Of a DNA stretch of 64,000 nt, positions 39,975 to 52,646 are shown one piece after another (position 1 is the stretch's first letter; each line of letters starts with the position of its first letter). The stretch lies in IMG/VR virus record IMGVR_UViG_3300025154_000065, positions 1 to 64,000 of that record, one strand, 5' to 3'. A program made the position numbers and the translations under genes. Origin of the DNA: a virus. The notes beneath the pieces are model-generated. The model did no database searches and was not told where the DNA came from. It saw nothing but the letters and a program-made list of their open reading frames with translations.

Positions 39975-41624
39975 TTATTCTCCTTCATAATCTTTTTTGA
40001 CTTCGCCATAATATTTATTTGTTATTCCTTCTTCATGAAAGAATGTGGGAATTCTTGCAGAAAAGGTTCTATCTGATGATAACCATCCAGGTGATATTAA
40101 TTTAACATCTTCATTTGCAGATATAATAATTGCTTTTATAAGCACTTCTGCCCAATAAGGTTCCTTTTTTAAGAAGAATCCAGATAATATTTTTGATCTA
40201 TTTCTTTCAATAAATTCCATATACTTCTTTGAACTTAATCTAAAGCAATTTTCGTCAGACGATGAGAATTTACAATCTAATCTACCATTTACTTTCTCGC
40301 AATAATACTTTTTGATTTGAATAGTAAGTGCAGGATATTGATCTTCAATTAAACGGATATTACCTTGTGGTATAAGTTTTGGAGGATTTTCTAAATTAGA
40401 GATAAAATTACTTAAAGGGATTGGATATTCTAATGTTTTGTTTATTTCAATTGCATATGAATTATAAAAGAAATCTTGCATTTTAAGTTTTGCCATACTA
40501 CGTTTGGTTGTTTCCTTGGTAGGAGTGTAATTTATATCAAGCGCAGCTTTATGGAAATTTTCTATTGATTGAACTATTTGTTCTTTAGTATAAATCTTTC
40601 CTTTATATGTTTCATTTAAACCTGCTTTATGATCAAAGAATATACCAGACATTATATCTTTTATAATATTTCTACAAAATTTATAATCTTCTTCTGTAAG
40701 GAATTTTAGTTTCTTTAATCTCCAAAATGATATTATTTCATCTATATCATCTTTAATTGGAGTATTGTATTCTATTCTTTTGCCGCGAGCGCCATTATTA
40801 GATTTAGAAGCAGGTTTATCACACTTTGAAAAATCTAACTCGTCCTTGGAAGGGCGTCTAAATGTCTTCCCTTCCAAGGGAGTGTTATCTTCTTTGCAAG
40901 GAGTGTTTAATTTACAAGGAGTTGATTGATTATCTTGAGTTTGATTGATATCTATATTTACTCTCTTAAATGTTTTTGTTGTTTTAATGGACGATTCAGC
41001 CGACGGCTGTTCCGTCGGCTTTGTATTAGATGATGGAATAGACTGCGAAGCAGGATATTCTTCTTCTAATACTGTTTTATTACTACTTGTTATACTTATA
41101 TCTGTTATACCTTGATCATCCAAGCCTGTACCATCCAAGTTTGCATCATCCATACCTGCATTTGGCACACACGGTTTTTCCGTATATGCATTTAGTACAC
41201 ACGGATTTTCTTCAATTAAATCACATACTTTTGTAATCGGCTTATTTCTTTTTCCAAGAGGTATTAATTTAAATCCTAAATTGGCCTTATTTGCTCTTTC
41301 AAGAGCTTCATTTTCTTCAATAGGTCTACTATAAACACAGTATAAATATCCTTCAATTACATTACCTTCTCCTCTTTTACTAAATCTATAAACATATTTA
41401 GCATCTAATAATTCATCAAGAGCAGTTCTAATTGCTCTTTCGCCATCAGTAACTCTTTTTATAATATCTTTTAAATAAAGTTTCCATCCTTCTTTTCTTG
41501 TTGTCATATATGTATGAATATATTTTGCTCTTGCTGATAATGTATGGTCATCATCTAATACATGTAGATCAAGTATCCTAAATTTTTCCATTTTTTCTTC
41601 TTGAATATATCTTAATTCGCTCAT
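39975..41624 (-). CDS. Replication-initiator-like protein with N-terminal winged HTH
   Basis: LSARAKYIHTYM...DGERAIRTALDELLDAKYV followed by a repeat-rich linker. Confidence 0.6.
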   Translation of the reverse strand: MSELRYIQEEKMEKFRILDLHVLDDDHTLSARAKYIHTYMTTRKEGWKLYLKDIIKRVTDGERAIRTALDELLDAKYVYRFSKRGEGNVIEGYLYCVYSRPIEENEALERANKANLGFKLIPLGKRNKPITKVCDLIEENPCVLNAYTEKPCVPNAGMDDANLDGTGLDDQGITDISITSSNKTVLEEEYPASQSIPSSNTKPTEQPSAESSIKTTKTFKRVNIDINQTQDNQSTPCKLNTPCKEDNTPLEGKTFRRPSKDELDFSKCDKPASKSNNGARGKRIEYNTPIKDDIDEIISFWRLKKLKFLTEEDYKFCRNIIKDIMSGIFFDHKAGLNETYKGKIYTKEQIVQSIENFHKAALDINYTPTKETTKRSMAKLKMQDFFYNSYAIEINKTLEYPIPLSNFISNLENPPKLIPQGNIRLIEDQYPALTIQIKKYYCEKVNGRLDCKFSSSDENCFRLSSKKYMEFIERNRSKILSGFFLKKEPYWAEVLIKAIIISANEDVKLISPGWLSSDRTFSARIPTFFHEEGITNKYYGEVKKDYEGE

Positions 41625-41902
41625 TTCAAACCTCCATTCTGTTTTAGAGAATAAGAATATCCTAAGAATTTTCTACTTGAATCTAGAATTTTTGATCTAG
41701 TTATATATCCATTTCTTATTAATTCATTAAGAGTATTTCTAATACTTTTTTCTCCTTCTTTATTTACTTCTGATAATGATTTGATACTAAATTTAAATCC
41801 TTTAGGAAGGGAAGTCATCGTAAGAAATAAACCCTTCCCTTTTAAGGAGATATTTTTATCTGTGGCTATTTTTTCATATTCAATCATATGATTCTCTTTC
41901 AC
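41621..41902 (-). CDS. Stand-alone winged-HTH paralog
   Basis: ISLKGKGLF...EGEKSIRNTLNELIRNGYI. Confidence 0.65.
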   Translation of the reverse strand: MKENHMIEYEKIATDKNISLKGKGLFLTMTSLPKGFKFSIKSLSEVNKEGEKSIRNTLNELIRNGYITRSKILDSSRKFLGYSYSLKQNGGLK

Positions 41903-42245
41903 TATATAATTTGTGAGCTTCTTTTATAGCATCTTCTTCATTTGTTGGAGAATCAAAAATAACACATATATTGCTATCAAGTTTTATATCATCAATTTTT
42001 GTGATAATATATAAATATTTAGATTTGATTAGTTCATTAAATGCTTTTATAATATCTTTCTCTTTATCTGTTGTTAATTTTGATATGGTTTCAATGCTCC
42101 ATTTTTGATAACCTTCTCTTGTTTTTATATAGGCATGAATATATTTTGCTAAACCAGATAAATTATTTTCATAATCAAAGATCCTAGTATTAATTGCTTT
42201 CATTCTAAAAAGAAAATCATATTCTTTATTATGAAAATCTTTCAT
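41880..42245 (-). CDS. Stand-alone winged-HTH paralog
   Basis: LSGLAKYIHAYI...DKEKDIIKAFNELIKSKYL. Confidence 0.65.
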   Translation of the reverse strand: MKDFHNKEYDFLFRMKAINTRIFDYENNLSGLAKYIHAYIKTREGYQKWSIETISKLTTDKEKDIIKAFNELIKSKYLYIITKIDDIKLDSNICVIFDSPTNEEDAIKEAHKLYSERESYD

Positions 42246-42391
42246 TTTATTTTATCCTTTCTGAAATAATTGGTTTTTGGCGTATCCCAATATGCCGACT
42301 TACATCTAGGGCATATTCTGACCTCTCTTTTTCTAGGAAGCCATTTATGCCCACATCTTAAACATTCTATGTAAACCAAATTAACAAGCAT
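42242..42391 (-). CDS. 49-aa zinc-ribbon protein (not in ORF track)
   Basis: CLRCGHKW...CPRCKSAYW; GGAG RBS upstream. Confidence 0.7.
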   Translation of the reverse strand: MLVNLVYIECLRCGHKWLPRKREVRICPRCKSAYWDTPKTNYFRKDKIK

Positions 42392-42409
42392 AGAATCTCC
42401 TTGTAACGT

Positions 42410-42437
42410 ATTATACATAAGTAAAATGTTTTGTCAA
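42410..42437 (-). promoter_or_regulatory. Consensus sigma70 promoter
   Basis: TTGACA-16 nt-TATAAT upstream of the zinc-ribbon/HTH operon. Confidence 0.75.
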
Positions 42438-42515
42438 TAGGTTAAATGCTAAAAATTACCCAAATTTATGAAAAATTAGTAAAAGAAAATAAAGGAGATT
42501 TTACATTGATTAATA

Positions 42516-42556
42516 AACTCACCCTAGTAAGAGATTATACCATACTAGGGTGAGTT
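42516..42556 (-). terminator. Hairpin terminator
   Basis: aactcaccctagta/tactagggtgagtt 14-bp stem downstream of 42567..42944. Confidence 0.6.
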
Positions 42557-42566
42557 CTATGAGGGA

Positions 42567-42944
42567 TTATTTTTTACGTTTAGATTTAATAGCGTTATTT
42601 AGATGTTCAGAACCACTGGTAAAATTATCTAAATGCATTTTCAGGAAATATTCACATTTCTCACTACCAGACATTGGACCATTACAAAATCTCATATAGT
42701 GACCATAGGCAGCCATTGATACATCAAAATCACAGAATGCTTTGAATAGATCAATACTGGATTTCTTTGACATTTCATATTCTGCTTTTGCATCAGCATA
42801 TAGTTCTGTACTTTTACTATATGAGACGCTATTTTCAACAGCAGATCTGAATTTTATTAGTGATTTAATAGTTGAATTTTCATCAGCAAAAGCAATTGAT
42901 GAAGTCAGGATTGTCAAAATAACGATTGATATCCTTAGTTTCAT
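42567..42944 (-). CDS. Secreted hypothetical protein
   Basis: Signal peptide ending in AFA. Confidence 0.6.
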   Translation of the reverse strand: MKLRISIVILTILTSSIAFADENSTIKSLIKFRSAVENSVSYSKSTELYADAKAEYEMSKKSSIDLFKAFCDFDVSMAAYGHYMRFCNGPMSGSEKCEYFLKMHLDNFTSGSEHLNNAIKSKRKK

Positions 42945-43002
42945 GATTCAACTCCTTTTATCTACCTGATAGATTAAATCTATCAGGTAGATATCAATAC
43001 AT

Positions 43003-43587
43003 CTATTTCGTCATAACTGCTTTACTTTTTTCGAGTATTTTGATAGCTTCGTCTGTATTTACAATAGCCAGTCTAACAACAGGTTTTGCAAAATTCAAAG
43101 GTACTGTAGAAACAATATATTTCATATTGGTTTCAATATAAATGTCTTCAGGGGTAAATCCAAAAACACTATCACCATTTGAACCATAACTTCCATCTTC
43201 TGCTGGCGAAGGCAGCGCAGATGATTCATAATGACCATAATTAGAACTCCATACAATTTGTTCTGTATTTGTTAGTTGACTATTAATAGAACTAACTTTA
43301 TTGACCATGTAGTATCCAACAGGATCAGCAACTCCTTCAATAAATACATACATAAAGAAATTTATTGTTCTGTCATTTTGAAGTTTAAATCTCTTGATAA
43401 GATTATCTCTCTCAAGACTCCATGTAATTTTTGGAGGAGGTTGACGTTCAAGAAGTCCTCTCTGATTGTCTTCTGTCATTGATTGTTCTTGTTTGGCTGT
43501 TTTATTCTCATTCTCATCACAGCCTTTATTCCCCATCAAAATAAAGCACATCACAAAGATCAATCCTATTGAAGATATCTTTCTCAT
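43003..43587 (-). CDS. Putative lipoprotein
   Basis: Hydrophobic N-terminus then GC; DGSYG motif. Confidence 0.55.
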   Translation of the reverse strand: MRKISSIGLIFVMCFILMGNKGCDENENKTAKQEQSMTEDNQRGLLERQPPPKITWSLERDNLIKRFKLQNDRTINFFMYVFIEGVADPVGYYMVNKVSSINSQLTNTEQIVWSSNYGHYESSALPSPAEDGSYGSNGDSVFGFTPEDIYIETNMKYIVSTVPLNFAKPVVRLAIVNTDEAIKILEKSKAVMTK

Positions 43588-43598
43588 TTAACTCTCCT

Positions 43599-44030
43599 TT
43601 AATAGTTTTCAAAATCATTAGTATTTAGTTGATAAGGAAGTTTGCCTGATTTCCACATAGACCTATTCCACATCTTACTTTTTGCATTGTATTCTTCAAT
43701 CCACCTAGTCATTTGTTGCTTTTTATTGGTAATAAGAGCTTCTTTGCTGAATTGACTGAACATCTTATCTTCACTTGGAAGTGATTTAATTGTTGCCAAG
43801 TCTGAATTGATCTTAGCACAAGTGTTATAGATTTCTTGGAATTCCTCATATTTAATAATGGCATTGTCTATAACAGTTGTTGATCTACTAAAGAACCAAC
43901 CGATTCCAGACACAACAAATAAAAATGTTACAATCCAAATTAGATTTTTCTTAAAAAAGTTCACTTCTTCTCTCATTTCTTTGTCATAATTACCTTTGTA
44001 CATTTGCCTTCCTTTCTTTATAATGGACAA
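43599..44030 (-). CDS. Membrane-anchored hypothetical protein
   Basis: One TM segment; EYNAKS motif; adjacent to the lipoprotein gene. Confidence 0.55.
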   Translation of the reverse strand: MSIIKKGRQMYKGNYDKEMREEVNFFKKNLIWIVTFLFVVSGIGWFFSRSTTVIDNAIIKYEEFQEIYNTCAKINSDLATIKSLPSEDKMFSQFSKEALITNKKQQMTRWIEEYNAKSKMWNRSMWKSGKLPYQLNTNDFENY

Positions 44031-45385
44031 ATAATAGAATTCCTAAAGCACTCAAAATAGTTGTTTTAATTATCGCAATAGTTTTCCAGTCAATATCTGA
44101 TTTCATAAAAAGTAGTAGAATAGGATTTGCTTCCATTAATCCTAATTCAAAAAGAAGTTTTGATTGATATACATCTAACAAATTATAGATGCATAGAGTA
44201 AAGAATAAGAACCATCCAATAAAGCTGGACATATAATCCTTTCTTTAATTACAATAAAATCTACTTTTAAAAACATCTTTTCTCTAAACGCTCTAGCAAT
44301 GTTTCATTTATAAGACTACTCATTTTGAAAATAATGTACATAGCGAAGTCATCACCACCTTTTTTTTGAATCATAGCTCCTATTAGCATCAACAAAATAG
44401 GAGCAAGAGACGATTCAGTTTCAGCTTGATCGACAATCTTTTCGAGTTCTTTTGCTATTTCAAAATCATTCATATACATTCTCCTTTAAACCAATCAGGT
44501 TTTGGAAACCTATTTGTAAATATATACTTCTCAACTTCATCATAATCTACATCACTTGCTTCGGGCCAATTTTCATAGATATGATCTACGCTATCTGCAT
44601 ATGCAATTACAATAGCATAATCATCGCCTTCTCCAGATATCCAATAAGGATGTCTTATAGGCCAATGAATAGGTCTTGGATCTTCCAAGTTTGCTTTGAA
44701 TCTTGCTCTAATCATAGATACTCTCCTTCTTCAAGAATTGGCTTAAATGCTTTTGCAATAATAACAATAGGATTGTCCCAAGTTTCATCTGGTTCTGTTC
44801 TTTTGATTAACGCTTGTTTATACTCAACTTTTCTAATAACAAAATTAAGATTGTAATAGTTTATTCCTTTCCATCTTTTTAACATTTTAATAGCATCTTT
44901 TTTAAGAAAAACTAGACAAAATCCTTGTTTATGTGAAGTTGAATAGTCATTATTCCATTGTATTATATCATCATTATCCTGATGATATCTTTCCTTATGA
45001 TTTAACATTGGACAAAGGATTCCATCAGTATTTTTACTAAATATTTTCCATGCAGTACCACTTTCTTTAATAGGAAATTCTTTAAAAGGTTTTTCTGGTC
45101 TGATCGCATTACATATATTTATCTCCTTATAGAGAAGCATTAATTACTTCATAATTAGCAAGTCTTGTTTTATAAACAGGCCAATATTTTGGATAAACCC
45201 TTCTAATAACTCGGACTGCTAGTAAATTTTGTAGGCTATGTATTGCGTCAACAAAATCACGCATTTCATCAGGATGTTGTCTTTCCATTTCTATAAATAC
45301 ACCATAAGCATCCATTAGATATTGCATACATTTTTCTTCATCTTCTGTAAAACCAGAAATATTATTTATTTCCATTTATTTTCTC

Positions 45386-46815
45386 CTAAATCCATCCTAA
45401 ACGAGAATACGTCTGTATTCTCGACACTGTATGTTGAGAAAGATGTGGTCCAATATCAAGACAATCTCCAATCATTGCTTGATCCTTTCCTTCAACCTTC
45501 CTCAAAGCTCTACCAGCAGCTTGTATCAATGCCATCTCACTTTCACCACCACCTGCAATAAATATTCCTCCAAGTGTTGGGATGTTAATTCCTTCTCTCC
45601 AAATTACAGAAGCAACAACTAAGTCAATATCAAAGTTGTTCAATTTAGCCTTTACTTCATCTCTAGTAACTTGGAAAGTATCTCCATGTACATATTCAAC
45701 TAAAAATCCCTCTTCTTTTGCTAATGAGTAAAGTATTTCGCCATGGTCTCTCCTTGTGATAAAAATGATAGAAGTCAATCCTTTATTTGCCCATTGAATA
45801 ACCTTTTCAATAATAAGTCGATTCCTTAGTTTGTTTTCAACAATTCCCTGTTGATATTCTTCCTTATAATTTCTCAATCGACTTATAGCTTTATTCTCGG
45901 GGACACAAATTAGTTCTACCCTTGGTTCTGACAAAATCCCCATATCCATTGCCTCATCAAAAGTTATAAGTGAAATAACAGGACCAAGCAATCCTTCAAT
46001 GTTCAATAGCTTTGCTTGATCCGTAAAGTAGCTGTAAATCCTAATCGTACAGGCGCAAGACATTTACTGAGTATCTTTTCATAGGACGAACCTTCATTTG
46101 GCATTGATTTTTTTGACTTTGATTTTTGAGGATTGGGAGAAAATGCAAGATGCGCTTCGTCGATAATAACTACATCAAAATAATCAGCAAGTTCTATCAA
46201 ATCCTGTCTAACATAGGTTTGTACATTAGACACAACTATTTTACCATAAATGTTTTTATCTCCACCTGTTAATACACAAATGTCTTTAAAAAGGAAGCGT
46301 TTTAGCTCAGAATGCCATTGTGAGACAAGTTGAGTATTAGGACAAAGTATAAGAGTTTTATATCCTTCGAATGCTTTTATAATAGACATTGCCAAAATTG
46401 ATTTTCCACTTCCGGTCGGCTGTTGTATCACTCCCCTGATTGGGTCAGAAGTCAACACCCGATTTAAGGCCACGAATTGGTCGTTTTGACGGAGGCTCTC
46501 GAAGCCGGGTACTTGGGGCAATAAAGCCCCTTTCGTTGGCTTCACGGCCTCATTAACGGCCTTATATGCGGGATTATAATCTATGCTGACAGTGTGCCCT
46601 TCGGCCTCTGCTTTGGCTCGAAGTTTTTGCAATAATCCAGTATAAAATATTCCTCCAGGTTTAACAATTGTCTTTCTTTTGGTTTCTGCAACTATGCGAT
46701 ATTGCCCTTGCCGAAATATTTCCACGGGATACGACAGGAGGATTTTTGTTTCTGAAAGCCCTTTTAGAATTTTACATTCTATAGGTGATTTGACATAGAT
46801 TTTTATTTCTGCCAT
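45386..46815 (-). pseudogene. SF2 (UvsW-like) helicase interrupted by a frameshift at ~46022
   Basis: PTGSGKS, DEAH and GFTAT lie in 46003..46815; EGINIP and QAAGRALR lie in 45386..46063. Adding one base joins TATL-x-DQAKLL. Confidence 0.8.
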
Positions 46816-47212
46816 AAGATTCCTTTATTCTGGATCGTATCCATTCGCTAATTTCCTTAATTTTTCTGCCAAATTTCTATTTTTGTATCTCTCTATTCTT
46901 CTTATAATAGATAAACTGATATCTACTATAAGGTTTATCAAGAATCTTTTTGATTCATATATTAGCATTTCATTCTCCTTATATCTTCTTTTTGCAACAA
47001 GGACAGATATCTGTTTCAGTTGTTATTCTTTTGACTCCGGCACCAAGATTATAAATTTTAAATGGAATTTTATATTTATCCAACATAGTAATTAGCCATT
47101 GAGATGTTTTATTAAAACTAATTGTTTCATCTATCATTTTTCCTTGGAAAATGTTTCTTTGCATTTTATCAACCCATTTTTGATTCACAGTCATCGCCAT
47201 AATATTCTCCTT

Positions 47213-47299
47213 TTACATATATGTTAATATATAAATGACTAATAGTTCAATAGCTATTAGTCCAAGTATTATCCATAGATAATCTTCAGGTTGAAACAT
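47213..47299 (-). CDS. 28-aa membrane peptide flanked by 22-bp direct repeats
   Basis: MFQPEDYLWIILGLIAIELLVIYILTYM with AGGAG RBS. Confidence 0.5.
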   Translation of the reverse strand: MFQPEDYLWIILGLIAIELLVIYILTYM

Positions 47300-50200
47300 T
47301 ATAATATTCTCCTTTTACATATCTATTTCATAACAAAAAGATTTAATCTCATTAAAGAGTTTATCTATCTTACCGGGTTTTACTTTCAATACATCAACAA
47401 CTAATTTCTTAATATTCTTTTTTGTTATTCTATGTTTTGTTTTACCAATTCTTGAGTAAAGGATTTTTCCATGCTTTCCTTGGCGCCAATCATGAGGTGT
47501 TGATTCTAATATAATCATAATGAGTTTTTTAGCATTGTCAGAAAGATTATTCCAGAGTTCTTTTTTGATTAGAAGTTGATGTTGATTTAATTTATTGCAT
47601 GGAAGGATATCTATGTTTTCTTCGTTTTCGTCTATGAGTGTTTTACATGAGATGATAGGATCACATAAAGCAGTCTTCATTTTAAGGAATGGATTTTTGT
47701 CATCAGCTTCTCTTATTGTTATAAGCAATTTTTTCCAAGATAGTTCTTGTTTATTTATAAGATCTTCTAATTCTTGATCTTCCATAGAACAAAGACGATC
47801 TCGTTTTACTCGTCTTATTTCTTGTAAAGATCTTTCCCATGATATTTTACCAGATTGGACCAATCCTTCTATTTCGGTATAAAGACACATAGATACCCTC
47901 CTATGTATTTATAATTTTTCTTCTTATTTTCTCTAAATTGCCAGAGTAGAGAAATATTATTTTACCATTCTTTTTAAGAAAATAGTTCAATATATTTTCT
48001 CCCCATAAAAAAATTATGATATCTTCAATGTCATTTACTATTTTTACATGATATGATTTTATATTTATAATTTCATATATATCTACTTGTTTATTTGTTT
48101 GATCCATAGATATCCAGTAATTATTAGATACTTCTCGGTTTTTAACCGTGGTTATTTTAACTTTAAAATCATCTGCTGGAGATTTATTAATATTGAAAAT
48201 AGGATTATGATCAGGATATTTTTTAGTTTTAGTTATTACAATGATATTTCTACCTTTTATTAGATCGGTGAGTTTTTTAAATTCATCTTCTCGATTCATA
48301 TTTATCTCCTTGTTATAGGGGAATAATAACAAATTTTGGTCTTTTCCATTTACATATAATAGAGTTATACCCATGAAATTCCATAACTTCTGCAATCATC
48401 CGTTCTGCTTCTTCTCGATCAATATAATCTTTAGGAGAATAGATAGTAGGCATATCTTTATAATCATTGTGAATATAGATATAGATTTTATTATTATTGA
48501 TGGATTCCAAAGCATCTTCCGTTTGTTTTAGATAAGAAAGAATTCCATCTTCTTTTAATTCTAATTCAATTTGATAATTTCTCTCAAGATCATTTTTAGA
48601 ACATAAACAAGGACTAAGATAGTATTTCTTTCTTCCAGGTTTATCAGTCCATGATAGATAAACATCTTCCCAAGGAGGTTGATATGTTTTATTAATACCG
48701 ATAGGACCATAACATTTTACAGTGATTTTCTTAGGCATTTTTATTCCTCTGTTATTGTAATTATTTCACCTTTAACAGTGGTAGTATCAGGCCATAAAAT
48801 TCCTGTACATGGAGAGATAAATTTATTCTTGTTGTAACTTATTATATCTTCTCTAAGACATTCAATAGCTTTGTTTTTATTATTGTAAGATTTTGAAATT
48901 ATTAAAAGATGTCCATATTGATCATAAATTTCATATTGAAATCCTGAAAAATTATTTGCGTCAATAACTTTATAATCTTTTATAGGAATAATTTCTGGAG
49001 TTCTAAATTCTCCTTTCCATCCACAATAGCAATATTGTTGAAGTTTGCGATCTTTAACCCATTTATCGAATAGACGATCAGAATTACAGATAGGGCATTT
49101 ATTATACCTCATTTTATTCCTCCGTTATTTGTACTCTTCTAAACGTCTTCTTTGCCAATTCAGCTTTATTTTTTGCAAAGATAGATTTGAGAGAATGACA
49201 TTGTGCTTTATGATTCTCGCAATCTTCATATTGTTGCCGGATTTCACACATATTGAATGTAATTCTTTGACAACAATTATCGCACCAAAAATATTTAGCT
49301 TGTTTAAAAACAATACAAGCAATTGTATCAGGATTAACCTGTTCAATAATCTCAGGACATAAACGCCAATATCTAAATTTCTTTTTCTTTTCTTCTGACA
49401 AAGAAGGTATTTCTTCCTTTCCTCTCATTATTGCTTCTTCATAATGAAGACAATAACGACATAGTATTGCATCAGTATCAATTCCTGTCAATTTATTCTT
49501 CGCCATCAGGATTATCCTTTTTTGCTTTTCTTCTAGCTACTTTTTGAATAGCTCTACAAATCATACATAAACTTTTTTGATTCTTCTCAAATTTCTTTGG
49601 TTCTGTTTCTCCACATTTTTTACATAAGTAAGGTTTGGGTTGTCTACCTCTTTTCTTTTTAATCTGTTCTGGAATTACAACCTCTATTCCAGAATTAATA
49701 GAACCCTGTTTACAATTGAGACATTTGGAATAATCAATTTTAAATCCAAATGAAGATAAAGGATTCGTTCTAGGTGGATCTTTTGCGTATGATTGCATTT
49801 TAGCACATGTTTCGGGAAGAAGCTTTGCATTTAATTTATCACAATAGAATAATCTATCCACAATTTCTGGATTACTCACAGTCATATAGTTTACTTTCTA
49901 TTGATTAATTGTTTATATTCTTCATACATTTTTTGTACAGTTGTATGGCTGATATTCCCAATACAATCGGCGATAGAATGCCAACTTAAATTATCTTTAT
50001 CTCTGAACTGAACTATCTTTTTAAGTTGTTGATCCTTTTTGGTTTTAGAGAATCCATTATTGATTAGCCGAGCCTTTCTGAATGCTCGATTTAAGGATTG
50101 TTTGATTTGACCTAGCTGATTGAAAGGAATGCTTTTGTATTTTGATAATTCTTCTTTAAATAATTCTTTGATGAGATTTGCTTGTTTATCTGTTATGTTA

Positions 50201-50671
50201 CTCATCCATCTTTCTCTTCCTTTTCTGAGTTCTCAAGGGAATATTCATGAGTTCCATCCAATAAAGTTTGAAACATATTTATCATGGCTTGGAGATGAGC
50301 CTTGGGCCAATCTCGGTATGCCCAACCACAAGTACAAGGGGTGTTCCAACATTTTGGACAATCAGACATTGACATTTTCTTTCTCCTCTTTATGAAGAGT
50401 CTCGTATTCTGCCATCGTGCCAATTTTATTTCCTGTACCACATTTAATACAAACAAATCCTTTTTGCATTGCTGTAATATTATCTTGTTTTGTCGGATTC
50501 TTTGGATGTAATGCAGATAGTTTTCTAAGATTAATTACTTGAGAGAAATCTTCGCTTCCACAATTTAGACAAACCAATGCTTCGGTATCTTTTATATCAA
50601 TCATAATAGTTTGATTTCCTGAATTGTCTTTATGAATTTCATACCCCATCTTCTTAGCAATTGACAAAGGA

Positions 50672-51217
50672 TTATTCTTTGACTGACCCATTATTATTCT
50701 CCTTAAATAATTTATAGCGTTCAAGTATTATATTCATAGATTGTGGATATCCATTGTGTAAATGTACTGCCACATTATAATTTTGTGAAATTCCAAGAAA
50801 AACATCGTTGTGGTTATGCCCATGGACGTTCAAATAGAAATCACCACGGCATGGAACATGACTCAATAAAATCTTTTGCTTTTTTCCATCAACTGGCACT
50901 TTCAATAGAATAGGATCTTTGACTACTTCATGAAATCCTGCTCGTCTATACCAATTGATTCCATGTTCGTCATGATTGCCACATATCAAGATTTTTCTTT
51001 TACCTTTCAATCTCCTTAGTATTTTTTGTACAGAATTGATATGAGTATATTGCGATATAAAATCTCCTAAATGATAGACTGTATCTTTTGGTTCAATAAG
51101 ATAATTCCATTTTACTATATAATCATTAACCATTTCTTCCATTGAAGAATAAGGACGTTTATCAATTTTTATGATATTCTTTTCTAATAGATGATGATCG
51201 CTTGTGAACCAGAGCAT
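50672..51217 (-). CDS. Calcineurin-like phosphoesterase
   Basis: TSDHH, HLGD, GNHD, SH, HGHNH. Confidence 0.85.
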   Translation of the reverse strand: MLWFTSDHHLLEKNIIKIDKRPYSSMEEMVNDYIVKWNYLIEPKDTVYHLGDFISQYTHINSVQKILRRLKGKRKILICGNHDEHGINWYRRAGFHEVVKDPILLKVPVDGKKQKILLSHVPCRGDFYLNVHGHNHNDVFLGISQNYNVAVHLHNGYPQSMNIILERYKLFKENNNGSVKE

Positions 51218-52646
51218 GATTTATCCTTATATTAGTATCTCCCTTAGTAAAATCCTCTCGCCATAGATATAGACGAGAGGATTGATTTAGTCAATTTAAT
51301 ACACAATATTGTGTATTATACCACATTTATTTACATTCTTTAACAATCTTTTTCGTCAACTTCTACTTCGGCAATAAATGCTATATCTGTCTCTCTTTTA
51401 AAGATTTCTTCTTTGCTGTCAAATAAAGACATTTTCATTCCATGACCATGCGCCATTATGACCGAAGGAGAGTCATAAAATCCAGCTACATATTTCTTTA
51501 CCTTTCTTTTAGGCATTGGTGGATCTATGTACTCAGGTTTTGACCAGAACAATGTAGGCATACCTTGACCATCCAGGGTATGATATCCATCTATAGTAAA
51601 AGTAAAAATATTCAGATTGGGACCGTCTGTTATAATTGTTATAGGACATGTATGATATGTATACATAACTTCAATAATAGCATTTGTTTCTCCTATTTTA
51701 ACATCAGGTCCAAATGCACAAAATACTCGATCACCAATTTTTGCTTTTGAGAAATCAGCCATTGTATTATTCCTTTTCTATTTCTTCGTTAATAATTTTG
51801 TTAATGATTTTATGACCAAACTTTCTTCCTCTTTCTTCTGCTTCTTCTTTAGCTGTTTCAAAACATGCTTTTTTATAAGCAATTTTTATCGTTGCAATTT
51901 CTCTTTGAGAGAATGCAAAATTATTAATAAATTCTTCATCTATAATCTTTTCAAGAATAGATTGAATGTGAGGTTGTATTAGTTTGTATAGAGAATTATT
52001 TTTATGTTCGTAAGAATACGAAAGTTCAAATTTTTTACCCCAAGTATCATATCTTAACCCTGTTTCTGCGGCTATAATTTGATTAAGTGCATCAGATCCA
52101 ATAATTGTTTCCATTTGTTTACTGATTTTATCTTCCGTCATACCTGACAGAATCCTATCCCTATTGCTTTTTATCCATTTACGAATTTGATCTTCGCTAG
52201 GAATATTGCTCATTTTATTCCTCCATCATATTGAGTTCATCAGTTATCTCTCTAAATACCCTAACTTTACGAATACTAATTTCTTCTAGTGATACCTCAT
52301 TGAATACATTTGAAGAATAACACAATTTACCTTTACTATTTTTAAATATGTTTTCGACGAAAGTATCAAGGAAGAAGTTATCTATGAGAATATAAAATCC
52401 TCTATCCATTGCATATTGCAATTTTTTGATTTGTTCTTTAGTCATATCAATCCTCCTTCAAAACATCTATATCTGTTTTGATGTCTACATACTGTAGTGG
52501 TCCATCAAGAAATGTAATTTTTAATCGGTATTCATCTTCTCCGTAATAATTTTCTAATTCTATATGACAGTGACATAGAATTGGTTCTTTACCTTTAAGT
52601 TCGTTAATAGAAATAATAGATATTTCATTAAACATAATTATTTTCC

